Shown here: positions 35,029-39,205 of the stretch, one piece after another | How the letters are laid out: the number at the start of each line of letters is the position of its first letter | Numbering within the stretch: the stretch's first letter is position 1 | Virus record (IMG/VR): IMGVR_UViG_3300027956_000003 | Span: 1-39,205 of that record | DNA from: a virus | Taxonomy: Duplodnaviria > Caudoviricetes | Strand: one strand, 5' to 3' | DNA length: 39,205 nucleotides | Program-made: the position numbers and the translations under genes | Notes under the pieces: model-generated | Told to the model about the DNA's origin: nothing | Databases searched by the model: none | What the model saw: only the letters and a program-made list of their open reading frames with translations

Positions 35029-35062
35029 AAAATCAACCATAACTCAATTCAGTAGTCAAGAA

Positions 35063-35281
35063 TTACTTGATAACTGGTTTTTCTGGCGTGAGAACAAGCA
35101 GAAGCTCGTCTGCCGTAGCGATAGAACCACATAGCTTCATCACATCTTCGTGCGTTGCTGCTTGGCGCATATCGCTAAAGAATCTATCGCGCTCATCACG
35201 GATAAAGTCTAAGATTGTTTTGTATTCATCGCGGTCACCAAGGCTGGCTACCGATTGCTCTAGTGTTGGTCGTGGAATCAT
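35063..35281 (-). CDS. Small hypothetical protein downstream of portal
   Basis: Helical 72-aa ORF in the usual portal-scaffold slot. Confidence 0.65.
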   Translation of the reverse strand: MIPRPTLEQSVASLGDRDEYKTILDFIRDERDRFFSDMRQAATHEDVMKLCGSIATADELLLVLTPEKPVIK

Positions 35282-35302
35282 TAGTATTTTAGTAAGGATT
35301 GT

Positions 35303-35545
35303 TTAGCGCATGGATTTGTCTCCGCGACATTTCCATTTTTTCCGACTTAACTGGTTTGGTGAGTTCTTATCATCTCTCCAATCGCCTTTAATGGCATTTG
35401 ATCTCGCGCAATAGGAATCTGCCTTTTTCGTAGATGGTCTAATGCGATCCTTGCCATCGCTAGACATTCCTGCCAAGCCATAACGAATCGTATTCTCTCT
35501 GCCCGTCTCAGGGTTGACAACCACTTTCTTAAAGCGTTTTTTCAT
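35303..35545 (-). CDS. Small basic phage protein (SYCARS...WKC type)
   Basis: DSYCARS...SPNQLSRKKWKC motif recalled from other phage late regions. Confidence 0.65.
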   Translation of the reverse strand: MKKRFKKVVVNPETGRENTIRYGLAGMSSDGKDRIRPSTKKADSYCARSNAIKGDWRDDKNSPNQLSRKKWKCRGDKSMR

Positions 35546-35548
35546 AGA

Positions 35549-37606
35549 TTATCCTTCCATGTTCTGCGTCGATACCCCGCCTACATTAGCTTCCTGCGTT
35601 CCGATACGTCCCGTGACTGCGTTCTGCGCTTGCATCTGCATCATCCGATACTGACCAACGTATTTTTCTATACGTGCTGCAAAAGCCTCATCGTTCTGTA
35701 GTCTTTGCATAATATCTGGCTGCTGAGCATAGGATTGGATAAGTTGCATCGCAAAATCCGCACCGTTTGGACGAGCTGGAACTTCAATGCCAGAGAAGAT
35801 TTTGGTCAAGTCGTCAGACACATCTTTCAGCATCTTGTCTTGCGCTTCCTCGGCAGGTTGCAGGATATAATCTGCTAAGAATGGGTTTACTTGCGCGGCA
35901 AGAAGCTCAAGCAGTTTGTCCACGTTGATTCTTCCGTTGCGGTCAATTTGCATTAAAGTAGCCATGTTCTTCATCTGCGATTCCACCGCTTCTGGGTCAG
36001 TCTCGCGAGTGTCGAACGATACCATAATACTAAAATTATCATCAGCATCACCTTTGCTCATCACTTGTGGGTCAGGGCTTCCCGTCACTTGGAAGAAAAC
36101 CTCATCTGGCCCCATGCGCTGATACAACTTGAACGCCAACGCAAGAACGTCCTTAACATGGTCAAGGAACTTGTTCACGTAGAATTGCTGACGAAGCGCG
36201 GAAAGCGGGTTCTCAATATCAAGCCCCACAGCCTTGTCAGCTTGGGAAATCATTTGCGCTTCGATTCGCTCGCTGCCTGGGTCAAACTGTGGGATCGGCC
36301 CGTAAGCAATTTCTCCTAAGCGGCGGTAAGGTAAACGTCTGCCTGGCCCCCAATCTTTCGGCGGGTGTCCTGCTGGGTGGAATAGCGGCGGTAAGGTCGC
36401 CATACTTGCACGGTCGATACGGCTATCACGCTCGGTTTTGACCTGCCACTGAGGGCCACGCAGAATATCGGAAAACGAAGTGGTTTCATACATTCGTTTT
36501 TGGTTGTCGTTCAAACGTGTTACAACGAAAGGATAATCGTCATAGCCGTTCAGTAGCTCGTTCTTCGCGTAACCATCTGCGGTAGGGTTAAACACGGTGC
36601 AGTAGATACCTTCGCTGCCGTCTTCTTCGTCAATCAGGCGTTGGTATGCGTAAATAATCATTACTCTATCGTCGTCCTCGCCCAAGTCGCGGCGTTGCGC
36701 TCTTTCGCTAGCAGTTTCGTATGAATAGTTATCCTTGCCTTTAAGCTTCTCAATAGCGTCCTTCACCCACTTTTTGTCCCACCCCTCGCTTACAACCTTT
36801 TTCTCAAGCTCTTGTGGTGTGTAGAAAGTCCTACAAAAGACGTATGGTGAGCGTTGCGGGTCGGTGACGTAAGACGGGAATACAACCTCTCCATCGGGTT
36901 CACAGCTAAGCGTAATTGGGCAGTCAACCGACATACGGGGGATACTTACTTCGGTAATTCCGTTCGTTCTAAGCTCACGGACAGCCTTCTTAACTCGTCC
37001 CATTCCCATGTCAGGAAAAGCGTCTTTAACCATCGCCTCTGCTGCGGCTACGTCCTCACCAAGTAGAATCTCCAGACGCTCGGGAAGCTGGGCTTGCAGT
37101 TCCTCAAGCGTGACGGTTTGCTTAAACGTGCGTTTCTCGCGCTTCCAACCCACATAGGAAATCATAATTCCTTTTTCAAGCAGGTGGTTTGCCCCAAGCT
37201 CCATCTGCTTCTTAAAGTCAGGAATGTAGCTTTTACGCATCCATTTAAGGAACATAGAAACCACAGAAGCTTTAGCCAAGGAAGTGTGCGAAGTTGGGAA
37301 CGCTTTAATATGGCTACGGTCAAGTGCTTGGGTAAGCAACGAAACATAGGTGTCAATGCGCTCACCAATGACGTTTACCTCCATATCGGAAGCACCGTCC
37401 CAAGGGAAAGCGTTAGCCCCCTTCTTACGCATATCAAGGCTTTTGCCAGGCCAAATGTTACGCCTATCATTGTAAGCGCGTTCACAAGCCATCACGTATT
37501 CATCTTGATCCAACCGCGCACGGTCGTATTCCATTTGCAGAATACCTACATCTGGCTCACTTTGTAAGTAAGTTAAAGCCTCGTCGCGGTCAGATTCGTA
37601 ATTCAT
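35549..37606 (-). CDS. Portal protein
   Basis: 685 aa after terL; FPWDGASD motif; Gln-rich C-terminus. Confidence 0.85.
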   Translation of the reverse strand: MNYESDRDEALTYLQSEPDVGILQMEYDRARLDQDEYVMACERAYNDRRNIWPGKSLDMRKKGANAFPWDGASDMEVNVIGERIDTYVSLLTQALDRSHIKAFPTSHTSLAKASVVSMFLKWMRKSYIPDFKKQMELGANHLLEKGIMISYVGWKREKRTFKQTVTLEELQAQLPERLEILLGEDVAAAEAMVKDAFPDMGMGRVKKAVRELRTNGITEVSIPRMSVDCPITLSCEPDGEVVFPSYVTDPQRSPYVFCRTFYTPQELEKKVVSEGWDKKWVKDAIEKLKGKDNYSYETASERAQRRDLGEDDDRVMIIYAYQRLIDEEDGSEGIYCTVFNPTADGYAKNELLNGYDDYPFVVTRLNDNQKRMYETTSFSDILRGPQWQVKTERDSRIDRASMATLPPLFHPAGHPPKDWGPGRRLPYRRLGEIAYGPIPQFDPGSERIEAQMISQADKAVGLDIENPLSALRQQFYVNKFLDHVKDVLALAFKLYQRMGPDEVFFQVTGSPDPQVMSKGDADDNFSIMVSFDTRETDPEAVESQMKNMATLMQIDRNGRINVDKLLELLAAQVNPFLADYILQPAEEAQDKMLKDVSDDLTKIFSGIEVPARPNGADFAMQLIQSYAQQPDIMQRLQNDEAFAARIEKYVGQYRMMQMQAQNAVTGRIGTQEANVGGVSTQNMEG

Positions 37607-37875
37607 GCGAAGAATGTATAATGGTTTTCCTCTGCCCCGTCAATCTTTGTTCCCTTAACCCATTTCCCGACCAGACTAGCCGCAATCGACTCTTTCTGAA
37701 CTTTCACATAAGCAAGAACATGGTCACGGGTAGTTCCTCGTAGCCACACCCGATTTGGGCATTGCTTGATAACGAAGATTTCAACTGGTTCTTGGGTGTT
37801 ATCCTTTGGGGTTTCTTCAGCGGTTGCTTCTGTTGCTTGTTTTGTTGGGGGTCTGCCCCTGCGTTTAGTTTCCAT
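37603..37875 (-). CDS. Hypothetical protein with RRGRP motif
   Basis: ATGA-coupled to portal. Confidence 0.65.
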   Translation of the reverse strand: METKRRGRPPTKQATEATAEETPKDNTQEPVEIFVIKQCPNRVWLRGTTRDHVLAYVKVQKESIAASLVGKWVKGTKIDGAEENHYTFFA

Positions 37876-37878
37876 AAT

Positions 37879-38049
37879 TTAAATCTGTTTTTTAGGTTTT
37901 TCTTTAAGTATATCGCGTATTGCTATTATTTCATCTTCGGTTAACGGTCTTCCTTCTGCAACCCATTTAAATTGTATTTCTTTTAGTATTTCAGATGTTA
38001 AGCAAAACCCTTTGGGTATTTGCCCCATAATTATTGTGTCTTGATCCAT
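37879..38049 (-). CDS. 56-aa hypothetical protein (not in ORF track)
   Basis: MDQDTIIMGQIPKGF...PLTEDEIIAIRDILKEKPKKQI fills the gap after terL. Confidence 0.5.
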   Translation of the reverse strand: MDQDTIIMGQIPKGFCLTSEILKEIQFKWVAEGRPLTEDEIIAIRDILKEKPKKQI

Positions 38050-38050
38050 T

Positions 38051-39205
38051 TTAATATCCTCCTGAGCCTTGTCTGGTTATTTGCAATGAATGAGGTTCAA
38101 CATGATCTATCCCGTAGATCGCCGCGTAACGAGCTAAGTCGATAAAATCCTTGTGCGCCTCCTTAAGCCCTTGTTCGCCCGTATATTCAGATAGTGCAGC
38201 GATAAAGTTACCACATTCTTCACTAACGTAAAACTTAGGTCGGTTGATGCTATCCATCGGCTTGCTTGTATCCCAACTCATCTTAGAAATCAAGGCTTGT
38301 AATCCGTCCTCAATGTCTAAGCCTGGCGCGGGAATACAAATCATATCGTTCTCTGCTAAATCTTCAATAATGGAACTGCTGCCGTCTTGCGCTTGATATT
38401 TTGCAGCTCCAAGGCGCGGGTCGATAATACGGGTGTAGATTTCTTCCTCACCCTCAAGATCACGGATTAGTTCGACATAATCCTTCATGCCGTAGCCAAG
38501 TCCTTTCGCTCCCTCGCCAGGCATCCATTTACCGTTCTTCCACTCAGCCCAATCACCAACCGTAGTATCGGGCCATTCACGGTAAACGTAATAGGTATCA
38601 CTCGCATCTACGGCAATCCAGCACATAGCCCAGTTCTTACTACCAGCAGGGTCGATAATGTGGTATCGCGTAATCCCCTTAGTAGGGATCATTTCATGCG
38701 GAATCACGTTCACTTCCTTGTTGAATTTAGGGAACTTGGTGGCTTGAGATTTCACGGGAACACCGTATGCGCGGATTAAGATTTTCTCGCGGGATTCGTT
38801 TCTTAGGTCGTTTGCTAGTCGTGCATAGCCAGAAAACGGGTTGTCGATAGTGTGGAAGTAATGAATCGAAGCGTTGCGCTTATGGCTATGCTGGATGTAT
38901 GGTAAAATCTCACCATTCAACAGTTCGGCTGGGCGAGTTTCGATGGTCTTAGCCTTGTCGAGATAGTCCTTAATAACCTCAGTCCAGCCATCAATAGGTG
39001 TGAACGTCACAAGCATTTTACTGTTGCGGGTAGCGAGACGGAAACGCATTGTGCTAATCAAATCCTCACCAAGTAGGTATTCGTCCAACCAAACCCCGAT
39101 ATTGTGCCATGTAGCACCTTTAGAACCAAGTTCCGCGCCTTCGATGAAAGTAGGGTTGTTCTGATACTGCGAGTAGGTTTTGAATAGAATCTGGCTCTTA
39201 TTTGG
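38051..39205 (-). CDS. terL: Terminase large subunit, C-terminal part (joins 1..574)
   Basis: LVTFTP coupling motif, IIDPAG and IIDP RNase H-like nuclease motifs, KDFIDLARY. Confidence 0.93.
   Translation of the reverse strand, partial: PNKSQILFKTYSQYQNNPTFIEGAELGSKGATWHNIGVWLDEYLLGEDLISTMRFRLATRNSKMLVTFTPIDGWTEVIKDYLDKAKTIETRPAELLNGEILPYIQHSHKRNASIHYFHTIDNPFSGYARLANDLRNESREKILIRAYGVPVKSQATKFPKFNKEVNVIPHEMIPTKGITRYHIIDPAGSKNWAMCWIAVDASDTYYVYREWPDTTVGDWAEWKNGKWMPGEGAKGLGYGMKDYVELIRDLEGEEEIYTRIIDPRLGAAKYQAQDGSSSIIEDLAENDMICIPAPGLDIEDGLQALISKMSWDTSKPMDSINRPKFYVSEECGNFIAALSEYTGEQGLKEAHKDFIDLARYAAIYGIDHVEPHSLQITRQGSGGY

Noticed and set aside
39079-39205. 127-bp terminal repeat as a biological direct terminal repeat
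   Set aside because: It lies inside terL and its length equals a common assembler k-mer; it indicates circular assembly only
1-39205. Temperate lifestyle module or alternative genetic code
   Set aside because: No integrase, CI-like repressor or ParA recognised; genes are intact and densely packed under the standard code

Overview
The window is a complete, circularly assembled ~39.08 kb tailed phage genome with podovirus-like gene content. Bases 1-127 are repeated exactly at 39079-39205, and the large terminase gene runs across that join. The minus-strand late module encodes tail nozzle, tail fibre, three DNA-ejection proteins, TerS, TerL, portal, scaffold, major capsid, decoration, adaptor, an SGNH esterase and a lysis cassette. 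Two divergent early operons flank a ~1.4 kb non-coding region (16187-17569); the rightward one encodes RecT-like, ExoVIII-like, SSB, PAPS-reductase-like, RuvC-like and DnaC-like proteins. I recognised no integrase, polymerase, primase, helicase or tRNA. A Verrucomicrobiota-type host is inferred, not proven, from a PEP-CTERM gene and A-rich leaders without Shine-Dalgarno motifs. Most notable signals: (1) a promoter-seed-terminator unit in the late region whose RNA is antisense to an AAAGACA motif shared by many early translation starts, plus a second seed matching the start of an HNH gene; (2) 21 same-strand, frame-independent GATTGAG copies in 2.75 kb of the early operon; (3) an unannotated 52-aa PEP-CTERM mini-protein and a lipase inside the lysis cassette; (4) a kissing-loop, attenuator-like RNA at the head of the non-coding region; (5) an attC-like cassette remnant. 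All calls come from reading the sequence by eye and recalled family motifs; no searches were run and counts are manual.
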